Shown: positions 48,206-58,357, counted from the first letter of the stretch. The stretch: 64,000 nt of DNA from Deltaproteobacteria bacterium (GCA_026129095.1 JAHCIT010000005.1:124001-188000); one strand, 5' to 3'. The notes: generated by a model from the letters alone, not told the origin. Numbers and translations are program-made.

Positions 48206-49312
48206 CTAGTTCCCGCTCACGTACCGGGCGAGATAGTCGGCCAGATCCCGCAGATCGGACTCGGTCCGCGGCGAGAACACCCAGTAATAGTAGAGCTTCA
48301 CGTAGTAGTAGGTCATGGGGATCGCGAAATTGATCGAATCGAGACGGTCCAGGAACCCCCCGTGTCCGGGGAGCAGGCCAGAGGCGTCCTTCACCTGCGC
48401 GTCACGCTTCAGCATCGACTCGTACAGGTCGCCGATCAGTCCCAGCACCGCAACCAGTACGCCCAGGATGACACAATGGGTGTAGGGGAAATCTGCGCTA
48501 TAGGGGGCATCGCCGAATATCCAGGTGGTGAAGACGAACCGGGCGGCCGTGGCACCGGCGATCGCTCCCACGATCTGCCCCACGAATCCTTCCCACGTCT
48601 TTTTGGGGGAAATGCTGGGCGCGAGCTTGTGGCGCCCGAAGGCGCGGCCGAAGAAGTATCCGCCCGTGTCGGCCAGGAACGTCGCCGCGACACCCATGAA
48701 CAGGAAATACATGCCAATGTCGGCGAAACCCGGGGCTGCATGCGCCGCACCCGCCGCGTTGGCGAAGTATTTCACCTGCAGCTCGCTGCCGATGTTCCGC
48801 AGCCAGACCAGGTGCGACGTCAGCCAGCCGACATAGATCACGCCGAACACCGTGACTGCCGATCCCGTGATGGCCGCCGATATCTCGCGCTTCCTCAGCT
48901 GCCGGGTGAACCCGGTCAGCATGATGACCGTGAGGATCAGCGTCGAGAAATACTCGTTCGAGAACGACGCCCCGAAAACGAGCGCGAGACTCCCCACCAT
49001 GCCGGTGCCCTTCGACCCCCGGAGCCCCTTGGCATCCATGAAGTTGAAAAACTCCCAGGTGGCGGCAGCCGCGACCACGGCGACGATAGCCGTCCAGATC
49101 GCCCCGCCCTTGATGATCCCGAGAATGATGACCGGCACCAGCACGATGGCCGTGGCGACACGGGCCTTCAGGTCGCTCTTCTTTTTCGCCGCATCCGGGA
49201 GCTGGGCGCGGCCGATCGGGTAGTCGGCGCCAGGCTGCGATTCGATCGCTTCGACGAGCCGTGACTGCGGCAGCGTCTCCGGCGTATGGGGCGTGTGGGG
49301 CGTGTCGGTCAT
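48206..49312 (-). CDS. cdsA: Phosphatidate cytidylyltransferase
   Basis: DTGGYFFG, SPKKTWEG, GDLYESMLKR...KDAS..LPGHGGFLDRLDS. Confidence 0.94.
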   Translation of the reverse strand: MTDTPHTPHTPETLPQSRLVEAIESQPGADYPIGRAQLPDAAKKKSDLKARVATAIVLVPVIILGIIKGGAIWTAIVAVVAAAATWEFFNFMDAKGLRGSKGTGMVGSLALVFGASFSNEYFSTLILTVIMLTGFTRQLRKREISAAITGSAVTVFGVIYVGWLTSHLVWLRNIGSELQVKYFANAAGAAHAAPGFADIGMYFLFMGVAATFLADTGGYFFGRAFGRHKLAPSISPKKTWEGFVGQIVGAIAGATAARFVFTTWIFGDAPYSADFPYTHCVILGVLVAVLGLIGDLYESMLKRDAQVKDASGLLPGHGGFLDRLDSINFAIPMTYYYVKLYYYWVFSPRTESDLRDLADYLARYVSGN

Positions 49313-49329
49313 CCGGGCAGAGTCCCTGC

Positions 49330-49938
49330 CTACATCTTGTATTTCGACAGGTGCTCGGGCTTGAGCTTTTCAAGCAGTTCGGTCCACTTGTCCTTGTTGG
49401 AATCGTCAAACCGGACGGCCTGTTCCTCGGGCTCCGGCGTTGCGGGTTGTGAACCGGAGGAACCGGTCGGCGCCGGCTGCGCCTCCGGAGCCGGCGCATC
49501 CTCGCCGTCGCCTTCGTCCTCTTCTTCCTCGATGTCGCCCATCGGGATCCTGGCCGCCTCGAACACCTGCTGGCTCATGTAGACCGGGGCATCAAACCGG
49601 ACGGCCAGCGCCACGGCATCCGAGGGCCGGGAGTCGAGTTCCACCTCGCGTCCGCCGGCCTCGACGAATACGGCCGCGAAATAGGTGTTTTCCTTGAGCG
49701 CGGTGATCTCGACGCGGACGATCTTGGCGTTCAGCCGCCTGAGCGCATCGGCGAAAAGATCATGCGTCACCGGGCGCGGCCCCGGCTGCGCGTCCAGGAT
49801 CATGCGGATCGAATCGGCCTCGAACGGGCCGATCCAGATCGGCACGCCGGCCTGCGTCTCCGGGTCGCGCAGGATCATCACCGGCGAACGGGTCACGGGA
49901 TCCATGGCCAGCCCGGCCACTTCCATTCGTCGTTTCAT
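49330..49938 (-). CDS. Bifunctional nuclease family protein (DUF151)
   Basis: PIWIGPFEA, RPVTHDL, DSRPSDAVALA. Confidence 0.92.
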   Translation of the reverse strand: MKRRMEVAGLAMDPVTRSPVMILRDPETQAGVPIWIGPFEADSIRMILDAQPGPRPVTHDLFADALRRLNAKIVRVEITALKENTYFAAVFVEAGGREVELDSRPSDAVALAVRFDAPVYMSQQVFEAARIPMGDIEEEEDEGDGEDAPAPEAQPAPTGSSGSQPATPEPEEQAVRFDDSNKDKWTELLEKLKPEHLSKYKM

Positions 49939-51293
49939 GCGGCCTGGTCTCCTTCGCCTGCTCCCGTGATCTCCCCCCGGAGCGTATGCGCCATCTTCTG
50001 CGTGATACGGACCGTGGAGGTCCGGCCTGTCCGCCAGAGCGGCGCCGGGACATTGACAGCGATATTCGACGGCGTCCGGCCCATCAGCTCGTTTTCCGCC
50101 TGCCGGGACGGGCCTTCAAAGAGGACCGGCTGGCCGGAACCCACCATCGCGGCCAGCTTTTCGTCGGCGATCTCCGCCGCCAGCTTCTGCACACGCTGGA
50201 GCCGTTCGGCCCCCACTTCCGGCGGCAGCTCGCGATCGAGCTTCAGCGCCGGGGTGCCGGGCCGGGGACTGTAGGCGAACGAGAACAGCGAATCGAACCG
50301 CACTTCCTCCACCAGCGATATCGTCGCCTCGAAATCGGCGTCCGTCTCTCCGGGGAAGCCGGTGATGATATCCGTCGTGATGGCAATGCCCGGCACCGCC
50401 TCGCGGAACCAGCCCACCACCTCAAGATACCGCTCGCGGCTGTATTCGCGCTTCATCCGCCGGAGCACCCGGTCCGAGCCCGACTGCACCGGAAGGTGGA
50501 TGTGCGGCATCACCTTCGGTTCCGCCGCCATCACCTCCACGAGATCGCGCTGCACGTCGGCCGGGTGGGACGTGGTGAACCGGACGCGCTCCAGTCCCTC
50601 CACGGCGGCAACGAGACGGAGCAGCCCGCCGAAACCGGTCCCGCCGGCAAACTGCTTTCCGTAGGAATTCACGTTCTGGCCGAGCAGCGTCACCTCGCGG
50701 ACTCCCTGCTCCACGAGGCCGCGCACTTCGGCGAGAATGTCTTCCGGCCGCCGGGACATCTCCGACCCGCGTGTGGCGGGGACGATACAGTAGGTGCACT
50801 GGTGATCGCAGCCGATCGACACATTCACGAAGGCCGTCACCTTCCGCTCCGACGGGCGGACGGGCGACTGGAATATCCTCTCGTCGTCGTAGGTGAAGTT
50901 GGCGCGCACCACCGGGTGTCCGGTGGCGCGGCGCTCGCCAATCATGCCGGGCAGTTCGTGGATATTGTGCGTCCCGCAGACAAGGTCGAGACCCTTCACC
51001 CGAGCCAGGGCCTCGGCACCTGCCTGCTGGGCGACGCAACCGGCCATGCCGACGAGGAGTTCCGGGTTCCGGCTTTTCAGCAGCCGGTATTTGCCCAGTT
51101 CCGAGTAGGTCTTCTGCTCGGCGCGGTCGCGCACCGAGCAGGTGTTGATGAGAATGAGGTCGGCCGTCTCCGGCTCGGAAGCAAACCCCCAGCCGTGCTG
51201 CTCCAGAAGTCCGAGAATCGTCTCCGAATCCCGAACGTTCATCTGGCAGCCGTGGGTCTCCAGATAGACCTTCTGTGGGCGCGTCATCTGCAT
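49935..51293 (-). CDS. miaB: tRNA methylthiotransferase MiaB
   Basis: GCQMNVRDSE, NTCSVR, radical SAM CDHQCTYC, C-terminal TRAM region. Confidence 0.95.
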   Translation of the reverse strand: MQMTRPQKVYLETHGCQMNVRDSETILGLLEQHGWGFASEPETADLILINTCSVRDRAEQKTYSELGKYRLLKSRNPELLVGMAGCVAQQAGAEALARVKGLDLVCGTHNIHELPGMIGERRATGHPVVRANFTYDDERIFQSPVRPSERKVTAFVNVSIGCDHQCTYCIVPATRGSEMSRRPEDILAEVRGLVEQGVREVTLLGQNVNSYGKQFAGGTGFGGLLRLVAAVEGLERVRFTTSHPADVQRDLVEVMAAEPKVMPHIHLPVQSGSDRVLRRMKREYSRERYLEVVGWFREAVPGIAITTDIITGFPGETDADFEATISLVEEVRFDSLFSFAYSPRPGTPALKLDRELPPEVGAERLQRVQKLAAEIADEKLAAMVGSGQPVLFEGPSRQAENELMGRTPSNIAVNVPAPLWRTGRTSTVRITQKMAHTLRGEITGAGEGDQAA

Positions 51294-51458
51294 CGGACTC
51301 TTCGGGGTTTCCGCCTCTGGATCTTCCGCTTGTGTCCAGTGGTACACAATCAGGGGGCTATGCAAAGCCAAGAAGGTGATTTTTTGCCCCGCCTGGGGAG
51401 CGGACCCCTATGTAGACCGCCTTCGCCACTTTGCCAAAGTCATCTTAACTGTCTGATA

Positions 51459-52178
51459 TTACTTTGGTTTCAGCTCGACCCGGTGAAACTGCACCCGCCG
51501 GGGCAAAATCACGACCGGCAACTGCTCGGTCCGGTATCCGGCCTGGGCGATCTCCAGCATGTGGATGCCCGGCTCCAGCCGGATCGTGTTGGCCGAGGGC
51601 ACCAGAACAGGGGCACCGTCCACCCGGATCGACGCCAGCCGGGGCTTGACGTCGAGCTGGAGCTGTCCGTCGAGCAACGCCTCGCGGGGGATGAACAGCT
51701 GGATGGCGAAAAAGACAGCCAGCGACGGCAGGTGGATCTCCCCGCCCCGCCACTGGAACTCCTGCCGGGCGATCACCTCGCCCGACTCCGTGCGGACCCG
51801 CTCCAGCACCAGTTCCGCCCGGTCCGGGCGCCCGCTCACCCCGCCGTGGATATACTCCACCGCCCCGGCTGCACGGGCCACGCGGGTCCGGCAGTCGACG
51901 TCCGAGCACTCCGGCAGCCGGCCCACGCCCAGTATCTGCTTCAGTTCGTCGCCATAAAGGATGTTGTAGTAGGCGAGCGCCGCCAGTTCCCGCGAGACGG
52001 CATAGTTCAGGCTGATCTGCTCGGTGTATTCGAGGCCGGGGGCCGGAAGCTCGAACAGCACGATCCGCTCTCGCGGGACATAGACCGGCGCCTCGTCGCC
52101 GAACCACTCGCTCGCCCCGGCGCGGACCGCCGGGAACGCGGCAGAGAGAAACAGGACCATGCACACCGCGAGCCGCAT
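51459..52178 (-). CDS. Exported PEGA-domain protein
   Basis: Signal peptide; C-terminal ASIRVDG...LEPGIHMLEIAQAGY. Confidence 0.72.
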   Translation of the reverse strand: MRLAVCMVLFLSAAFPAVRAGASEWFGDEAPVYVPRERIVLFELPAPGLEYTEQISLNYAVSRELAALAYYNILYGDELKQILGVGRLPECSDVDCRTRVARAAGAVEYIHGGVSGRPDRAELVLERVRTESGEVIARQEFQWRGGEIHLPSLAVFFAIQLFIPREALLDGQLQLDVKPRLASIRVDGAPVLVPSANTIRLEPGIHMLEIAQAGYRTEQLPVVILPRRVQFHRVELKPK

Positions 52179-52239
52179 CGAAGGGAACCTCTCTTCCAAC
52201 CGCCCGTAACCGGACCATGCGGGGGATTTCAAACCGGGG

Positions 52240-52707
52240 TCAGGCCGGGCGCCAGCGGGAGATGCCGCCGTCCACCGAGTAGACGCGGGTGAACCCACGC
52301 ATGTAGAGCAGGCAGGCGGCATCGAGCGAACGCACCCCGGCGGCGCAGTAGATGACGATCTCGCGGTCGGCGGGGATCTCGTCCAGCCGCCGCTCCAGCT
52401 GGCCGACGGGTATCACCCTGGCGGCCGGGACAATGCCGTGGGCGGTTTCGTAGGGCTCGCGCACATCGAGCACAAACGCCCCGGCCGCCCACTTCTCGGT
52501 GGCATCGGCCGGCGCGATGATGATCTCGTCCACGGGCGGAATCCGCCGTCGCATCTCATCGTCCAGCCGCGCCTGCTCTTCCTGCCGGAGCCGTTCGCGC
52601 TCGCGGGCGAGTTTCTGTTCCTCCTCGCGCAGGCGCGCCTCGGCCCGGCCAGTCACGCGGTCCACGAGGCGTCCGAAAAAGCTGCGGGCTGGCATGTCAG
52701 GCGGCAT
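52240..52707 (-). CDS. Rhodanese-like sulfurtransferase with N-terminal coiled coil
   Basis: LDVREPYE, active-site loop YCAAGVRS, DGGISRW. Confidence 0.87.
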   Translation of the reverse strand: MPPDMPARSFFGRLVDRVTGRAEARLREEEQKLARERERLRQEEQARLDDEMRRRIPPVDEIIIAPADATEKWAAGAFVLDVREPYETAHGIVPAARVIPVGQLERRLDEIPADREIVIYCAAGVRSLDAACLLYMRGFTRVYSVDGGISRWRPA

Positions 52708-53152
52708 TGCGCTTGCGGAACTTCGCTTCGAGATCATCCGCCCACTGGCGGTCGAACCGGTCGATCATGCCCTTCAGCGGGACCATGAGCGGCGCGAGCA
52801 GCCCCTCGGCGAACTCGTGGTTGCGGATGCGGCAGCGGCCGGGACCGAGCGGCTCGAAGTGGAACCGGTGGATGACCGTGAGCAGGCCGAGCGGCCACTT
52901 GACCCCCCAGCCGATCAGCCGGTGCTCCTCGTACTCATGCATGGTGATCCTGAGCGGAATGGCCGGGGCAAAGCTGGCGTGCATGGTGAACCGGTAACCC
53001 ACACGCCAGTCGCCCGTGTCGGTGCGTTTCGTCTTGCGGATCGCCCGCGTCCAGCTGGGCCACTCCTCGATCCGCTTGAAGAAGGCGAAGATCTCCCCGG
53101 CCGGAGCGTCAATCTCGTTGGTGAAGTCGGTAAAGTCCCTGTGAAACGCCAT
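52697..53152 (-). CDS. SRPBCC/START family protein
   Basis: EIDAPAGEIFAF...EEWPSW...HRFHFEP; size and pattern typical of the family. Confidence 0.8.
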   Translation of the reverse strand: MAFHRDFTDFTNEIDAPAGEIFAFFKRIEEWPSWTRAIRKTKRTDTGDWRVGYRFTMHASFAPAIPLRITMHEYEEHRLIGWGVKWPLGLLTVIHRFHFEPLGPGRCRIRNHEFAEGLLAPLMVPLKGMIDRFDRQWADDLEAKFRKRNAA

Positions 53153-53179
53153 GCGTGCAGCCCTCCGGTCGCGCCAGCC

Positions 53180-54598
53180 CTACCTGAACCCCTCAATCAC
53201 GATCCGGTCAACCACACTGACCAGATCGTTCAGGTTGCCCACCACCTCGGCCCGCGTGACGTGCGGCAGGTAGCGGAACATCTCCGAATCGCCGAAGCCC
53301 CAATTCCCCCGGCCTTCGGGATTGAGCCAGGTGACCGATTTCGCCCGCTGCTTGATGTCCTTCAGCACCCATTCGTTCGGCGCGTTGTAGTTGTTCCGCC
53401 CGTCGCCGATCACGATGACGTGACTCTTGTCGTTCACCACGTGGAAGTGGTCGCGGTGGAAGATCTTCAGCGCCATGCCGTAGTCGGAATGGGTATAGGG
53501 GTTGATGATATCCCCCCACAGCGCTTCCTCGATGGCGCCCGAGACATCCTGGTTCTTGAACAGCGGCGTGATCTCTCCCAGTTCCGCCACGAAGATGTAG
53601 CTCCGCACGCGGGTGAAGACCGACTGGATCGAGTAGATGAACTGGAGGAAGAACCGCGACATGGACCGCACCGAGTCGGAAATGTCGCACAGGATCACCA
53701 GTTCCGGCTTGTCGATGATCCGGTCGTTGAACACCAGCCGGAACGGGACCCCGCCATACTGGATGTTCTTGCGGAAGGTGCGCTTGGCGTCGAACTTGCC
53801 GCGCTTCATCTTCTTGCGCCGGGCCTGCACGACCGACTTCAGCCGCTCGGCGAGCCGCTGGACGATCTCGCGCATCCGGCGCTGGTCCTCCTGGTTCAGC
53901 GAATAGAAGCTCTTCTGGAACAGAAGCTCGTTCTTGAACTTCTCCACCTGGTCGAAGTTCTCGAGCTCAAGCTGCCGCTCCACGTATTTCCGCACCGCCT
54001 CGCGGAACCGCTCCAGCCGCTCGTCGAGCCGCCGGAATCCCTCCTCGACCAGTTCGTTGGAAAGCCCCCTGGCCTTCATCTGCTCCCGGATCTTGCCGAG
54101 GCTGTCCTCCACCCGGTCCAGGTTGAGCCGCTGGCGGATCCGCTGGGTGAAGACGCCGATCTGGAGGATCGTCTCGATCTCGCGGACCTCGGCCTCCTCG
54201 CCCGCCTGCCGGAGCAGCCGGTCCAGCGTGCCGCGGTCGTTGCGGACGAGCGAGATGGTCAGTTCGTCCAGCTCGTTCGCCAGTTCCCCCATCGCCTCGC
54301 CGAGCGCCTCCAGGAACTTTTCCATGTCCACCGGCGGCCCGTCCCCGCCGGGACCGGCTTCCTGGGAATCGCCCATGAGCTCGCCGACCCCGGAAAAGAA
54401 CAGGTCGAACAGCTCGTCGTAGGTGGCGATATCCACGTGGCGCTTGACGACCGATGCCCGGAGCGCGTCGCGGAACGGCACCCGGTCCTGGATTCCGATC
54501 AGCCGGGCCGACTCCAGCGCATCCACCGATTCGGACAGGCTCACCCGGACCCCGTTCTTGCGGAGCACGTTGAGGAAATCGACCAGCACGTCGTCCAT
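53180..54598 (-). CDS. VWA domain protein (CoxE-like)
   Basis: MIDAS CDISDS, SDYG, IGDGRNN, WLNPE. Confidence 0.9.
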   Translation of the reverse strand: MDDVLVDFLNVLRKNGVRVSLSESVDALESARLIGIQDRVPFRDALRASVVKRHVDIATYDELFDLFFSGVGELMGDSQEAGPGGDGPPVDMEKFLEALGEAMGELANELDELTISLVRNDRGTLDRLLRQAGEEAEVREIETILQIGVFTQRIRQRLNLDRVEDSLGKIREQMKARGLSNELVEEGFRRLDERLERFREAVRKYVERQLELENFDQVEKFKNELLFQKSFYSLNQEDQRRMREIVQRLAERLKSVVQARRKKMKRGKFDAKRTFRKNIQYGGVPFRLVFNDRIIDKPELVILCDISDSVRSMSRFFLQFIYSIQSVFTRVRSYIFVAELGEITPLFKNQDVSGAIEEALWGDIINPYTHSDYGMALKIFHRDHFHVVNDKSHVIVIGDGRNNYNAPNEWVLKDIKQRAKSVTWLNPEGRGNWGFGDSEMFRYLPHVTRAEVVGNLNDLVSVVDRIVIEGFR

Positions 54599-54613
54599 GG
54601 GAAACCGCTCCGG

Positions 54614-55591
54614 CTAGTTCAGGAAGTCCTTGCGCGGATCTCCACTCGGCGCGTCCTTGTCAGTAACGGCCGCCTTGGCCTTCTGCCGCTCGATATAGGA
54701 GGCCATTTCCTTCTGCGCCTTGAGGACATCGCCTTCGTACTTGAGGATCGCCGAGAGCGTGTCCTTCACCACCTCGTCGCCGAGCGACCTGGCGTTCAGG
54801 ACGGTGAGCGCACGGGCCCAGTCGAGCGTCTCCGAGATGGACGGGATCTTCTTCAGATCCTTCTTCCGCAGCTCGCCCACGAAATCGACGACTTCATTGG
54901 CCAGCTTGGCGCTCGCCTCGGGAACCTTCAGCCGTACGATCTCCAGCTCGCGGGACTTCTCCGGGTAGTCGATAAAGAGGTGCAGGCAGCGGCGCTTCAG
55001 CGCGTCCGAGAGCTCGCGCGTGTTGTTCGACGTGAGGAACACGAGCGGCTGGTGCCTGGCCTTGATGGATCCCAGTTCGGGCACCGTCACCTGGAAGTCG
55101 GACAGGACTTCCAGCAGGAACGCCTCGAACTCCGGGTCAGCCTTGTCGATCTCGTCCACCAGCAGCACGACCGGTTTCTCGGACGAGATCGCCTGCAACA
55201 GGGGCCGGGGGAGCAGGAACCGCTCGCTGAAGAAAACGTCGTCCTGCTTACCCAGGCTGTCCACCGCCTCGGTGAGACTCCTGGCGCTGCCCACCACCTC
55301 GCTGATCTTGTCCTTGAGGATCTGCGTGTAGAGAAGCTGCTTGGCGTATTCCCATTCGTAAAGGGCCTTCGCCTCGTCCAGCCCCTCGTAACACTGGAGC
55401 CGGACCAGTTCGCGTCCCAGCGCGGCGGCCACGACCTTCGACAGGTCCGTTTTACCCACGCCGGCGGGGCCCTCGATCAGGACCGGCTTGCCCAGTTTCG
55501 CGGCCAGGAAGATGACCGTCGAAATGCGTTTGTCGGAAATGTAGTTCTGGTCGGCGAGCTTCTTGCCCACCTCGTCAATCGATTTGAACAC
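54614..55591 (-). CDS. MoxR-family AAA+ ATPase (CoxD-like)
   Basis: GPAGVGKT, RLQCYEGLD, LLVDEIDK, ELSDALKRRC. Confidence 0.93.
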   Translation of the reverse strand: MFKSIDEVGKKLADQNYISDKRISTVIFLAAKLGKPVLIEGPAGVGKTDLSKVVAAALGRELVRLQCYEGLDEAKALYEWEYAKQLLYTQILKDKISEVVGSARSLTEAVDSLGKQDDVFFSERFLLPRPLLQAISSEKPVVLLVDEIDKADPEFEAFLLEVLSDFQVTVPELGSIKARHQPLVFLTSNNTRELSDALKRRCLHLFIDYPEKSRELEIVRLKVPEASAKLANEVVDFVGELRKKDLKKIPSISETLDWARALTVLNARSLGDEVVKDTLSAILKYEGDVLKAQKEMASYIERQKAKAAVTDKDAPSGDPRKDFLN

Positions 55592-55804
55592 GCACTGCTC
55601 CTGCCTGCCGGCGGCCCCTGATTTGGAAGGCTGGGCCCGTCCAGCGACTCCCCGACCGTAGCACCCGCGCCGGAGCCGGTCGATAACTCACCCTGGCAGT
55701 GGTCATCCGGAACCAGACCTGCCCGTCGCGGGCCTCTATAAGGACATGCCAGCTGATGGCTGCATCGAGCAAGTCCGTTGCTCCCAGAATTGGCAGGCAG
55801 CCTG

Positions 55805-55875
55805 AAAACCCGCCATTAAAGCCGGTTTAATGCGGCTTTTCGGCCCCTTGACACCGTAGAGGCATAAACTAACAT
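55805..55875 (+). promoter_or_regulatory. Inverted repeat followed by a sigma-70 promoter
   Basis: CATTAAA-gccgg-TTTAATG (55814-55832) inside an imperfect inverted repeat 55805-55840; TTGACA (55848-55853), 16 nt, TAACAT (55870-55875). Confidence 0.65.
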
Positions 55876-55923
55876 TCATGCACGGACTGTTCTGGTCCTC
55901 GTTATAAATGAGGAGTATGCCCT

Positions 55924-57195
55924 ATGCCCGTCAACACAGCCGCCACCCCACCGGCCGAACCGGCCCGTTCCCAGACCATTCCTTCAGTGGACCGTCGCGT
56001 ACTGCCCATCGATGGCCATGTGCGCAACATCCTGGGACTCTACCTCTCGATGTTCCGCAACTATGACGAGGCGGCACGGGCGATCCAGATATCCAAGGAC
56101 ACCGTGGCCAAGTATTTCGAGGGCAACCCGAACATCGCTCTCTATGTATTCGACCGCATGTTCGCCGTGTTGCAGGAAAAGGGCGGTTCCGAGCGCCTCA
56201 AGGCGGCCATGGATGGCGCCACCTACGAGGAAGTCGTCTCACGCGCCCGCGAGCGCAACGGCCAGCAGATCGACAACGTGATGTACAAGATGACCCCGCG
56301 CCTGAGGGACATCCTGACCCTGTACACCAACTCGTTCCCGAGCCGGGCGCGTGCGGCAGCCAAGATCGGCATCAACCCGCGCACGTTCAAGGCATACGTG
56401 AAGGGCGATATCGCCAGCTTCCCGCGCGGGAGGTTCGAGCAGGTGGTGGCCGTGCTGCGCGAGAAGGGGCACACCGAAAAGGAACTGCTACAGATCGCCG
56501 GCGTCTCCGACTGGTCGGAGCTTGTCGCTCCCCGTGCCCGTGCCGAAACGGCCTCGATCTCCGAGAACGACATCATCCAGGAGGTCCTGACACGCTTCGA
56601 GGCGGGCACGCTGAACACCCGCACGCTCGACAAGAACTTCCAGGCGGCTGCCGCCCGCATCTTCGGGGACTTCGGCAGCGCGATCCGGGCGGCGATGAAG
56701 CAGCTGGAGGAAAAACTGGGTCGCCAGATCGAGAATGCCATCTCCAAGGGGAACTTCATCGACGCCTTCAAGGATATCCGCCGCCTGGAGCAGTTCATCG
56801 GCACCTATGCAATGCGTGAACGCACCGTGAACCGCACTGCGAGCTACGGACGCAAGAAGGAGTGGTCCGACGACGTGAAGACCATGCGGGACCGCAAGAA
56901 CCGCCTGAAGCTGCAGGTGTTCAAGGCCCTCCGCATCTACGACTTCCCCGATGACCGGCCCGACCTGGTGGAAAACATCCGCACGCCCGACATCGAGCAC
57001 GAGGTCAGTGCCTACGATCCCGGCTCCCGCTACGAGGCCGGCGACATGCTCAAGCACCCGGAGTTCGGCGTAGGCCGTGTGCTGAAGGTGGCCGAGCCGC
57101 GCATGGTGCAGGTGACCTTCGGCCCCCGTACGGGCGAGAAGTTCCTTGTCATGAACGCCAACGGTCCCCGTCCCGAAATCCGCACTTTGCAGTAG
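55924..57195 (+). CDS. Hypothetical protein with two HTH-like repeats and a C-terminal Tudor-like domain
   Basis: Host-like codon usage and GAGGAG RBS; internal duplication; GDMLKHPEFGVGRV tail. Confidence 0.75.
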   Translation: MPVNTAATPPAEPARSQTIPSVDRRVLPIDGHVRNILGLYLSMFRNYDEAARAIQISKDTVAKYFEGNPNIALYVFDRMFAVLQEKGGSERLKAAMDGATYEEVVSRARERNGQQIDNVMYKMTPRLRDILTLYTNSFPSRARAAAKIGINPRTFKAYVKGDIASFPRGRFEQVVAVLREKGHTEKELLQIAGVSDWSELVAPRARAETASISENDIIQEVLTRFEAGTLNTRTLDKNFQAAAARIFGDFGSAIRAAMKQLEEKLGRQIENAISKGNFIDAFKDIRRLEQFIGTYAMRERTVNRTASYGRKKEWSDDVKTMRDRKNRLKLQVFKALRIYDFPDDRPDLVENIRTPDIEHEVSAYDPGSRYEAGDMLKHPEFGVGRVLKVAEPRMVQVTFGPRTGEKFLVMNANGPRPEIRTLQ

Positions 57196-57199
57196 GGAA

Positions 57200-58357
57200 C
57201 TATCCCCTTCCCGCTTCGGTCGGGTCCGTCTTTCCCCAGGCGGTCTCCCCTCCATGCTCGCGGACGAGCGCCGAGAGGCGCTGGTGGCGCTCGCAGCCGA
57301 TCACCCCCGGCGGCACCCGGCCGGTGCCTGCGGCGGCGAACTTCCGCTTGAACGCGAGCACCCGCCCGGCGGCCCGGCGCACAAGCCGTTCGGACAGTTC
57401 GCCGTCGCGGACCGCCTTCAGGACCGCCTCGACATAAAGCGGCTGGCTGTCGAAGTTCGCGCAGACGAGCAGCACGTCGCACCCCGCCTTGAGGCAGTCC
57501 ACCGCCACACGGCCGGGTTCGCGCCCCTGGCTGATCCCCGCCATCATCAGGTCATCGGTGAACACCACGCCCCTGAAGCCCAGACCCCGGCGCAGGATGT
57601 CCCGCTGTATCCTGCGCGAAAGCGTCGCCGGGACGCCAGGATCCACTGACGGGAACACGACATGCGCGGTCATGATGCTGGCTACGCCGGCACGGATGGC
57701 GTCGCGGAAAGGCGGCCACTCGGTCCGGGCGAGCGATGCCACCGGCCGGTCCACCACCGGCAGCGCGATGTGGGAATCCTGGCTCGTGTCGCCGTGGCCG
57801 GGGAAGTGCTTCGCGCAGGCGGCGATGCCCGCCGACTGGAGCCCCCCGATGAACAGCGCGCCCAGCCTGCCCACCCAGGCCGGATCGTCGCCGAAACTGC
57901 GCGGCCCGATGATCGGGTTCTTCGGATTGGAGTTGACGTCCACCACCGGCGCGAAGTCGGTGTTGAACCCGGCGGCGTTCAGTTCCAGCCCGATCGCCCT
58001 CCCCACGTCGAATGCCAGTTCCGGGCGGCCCAGTTTCCGGGCGGCGCGGCTGATGGAGAGATTGCCCGTCCATTCGGTAAACGGTTTCTGGAGCCGGGTG
58101 ACCAGCCCTGCCTCCTGATCGACGGAGATAACGGGCGGCAGGTGCCGGGGATGGAGGGAGCGGATCTCGCCGGTGAGGTCACGCACCTGGCCGGGGTTCT
58201 GGATGTTCTGGCGGAACAGGATAGTCCCGCCGATACCGTAATTCCTGACGAGTCTCCGGTAGCTGTCTGCCACCGCCGGGCCGGCGAAGCCCATGACGAA
58301 AAGCTGGCCCACGAGGGCCTCGGCGGGTTGGCGACGGTAGCACGCCGGCCGGTTCAA
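57200..58357 (-). CDS. nagZ: Beta-N-acetylhexosaminidase (GH3)
   Basis: DQEAG, KHFPGHGDTSQDSH, IMTAH, TDDLMM. Confidence 0.92.
   Translation of the reverse strand: MNRPACYRRQPAEALVGQLFVMGFAGPAVADSYRRLVRNYGIGGTILFRQNIQNPGQVRDLTGEIRSLHPRHLPPVISVDQEAGLVTRLQKPFTEWTGNLSISRAARKLGRPELAFDVGRAIGLELNAAGFNTDFAPVVDVNSNPKNPIIGPRSFGDDPAWVGRLGALFIGGLQSAGIAACAKHFPGHGDTSQDSHIALPVVDRPVASLARTEWPPFRDAIRAGVASIMTAHVVFPSVDPGVPATLSRRIQRDILRRGLGFRGVVFTDDLMMAGISQGREPGRVAVDCLKAGCDVLLVCANFDSQPLYVEAVLKAVRDGELSERLVRRAAGRVLAFKRKFAAAGTGRVPPGVIGCERHQRLSALVREHGGETAWGKTDPTEAGRG

Noticed and set aside
52499-55621. 1040-aa plus-strand ORF
   Set aside because: Antisense shadow of the MoxR/VWA/SRPBCC genes. The same applies to 49986-52292, 60769-62886 and 24008-25858.
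55592-55804. Possible ncRNA or riboswitch in long intergenic regions (also 17984-18376 and 58771-59016)
   Set aside because: No recognisable consensus by eye; an Infernal/Rfam scan would be needed to support a call.
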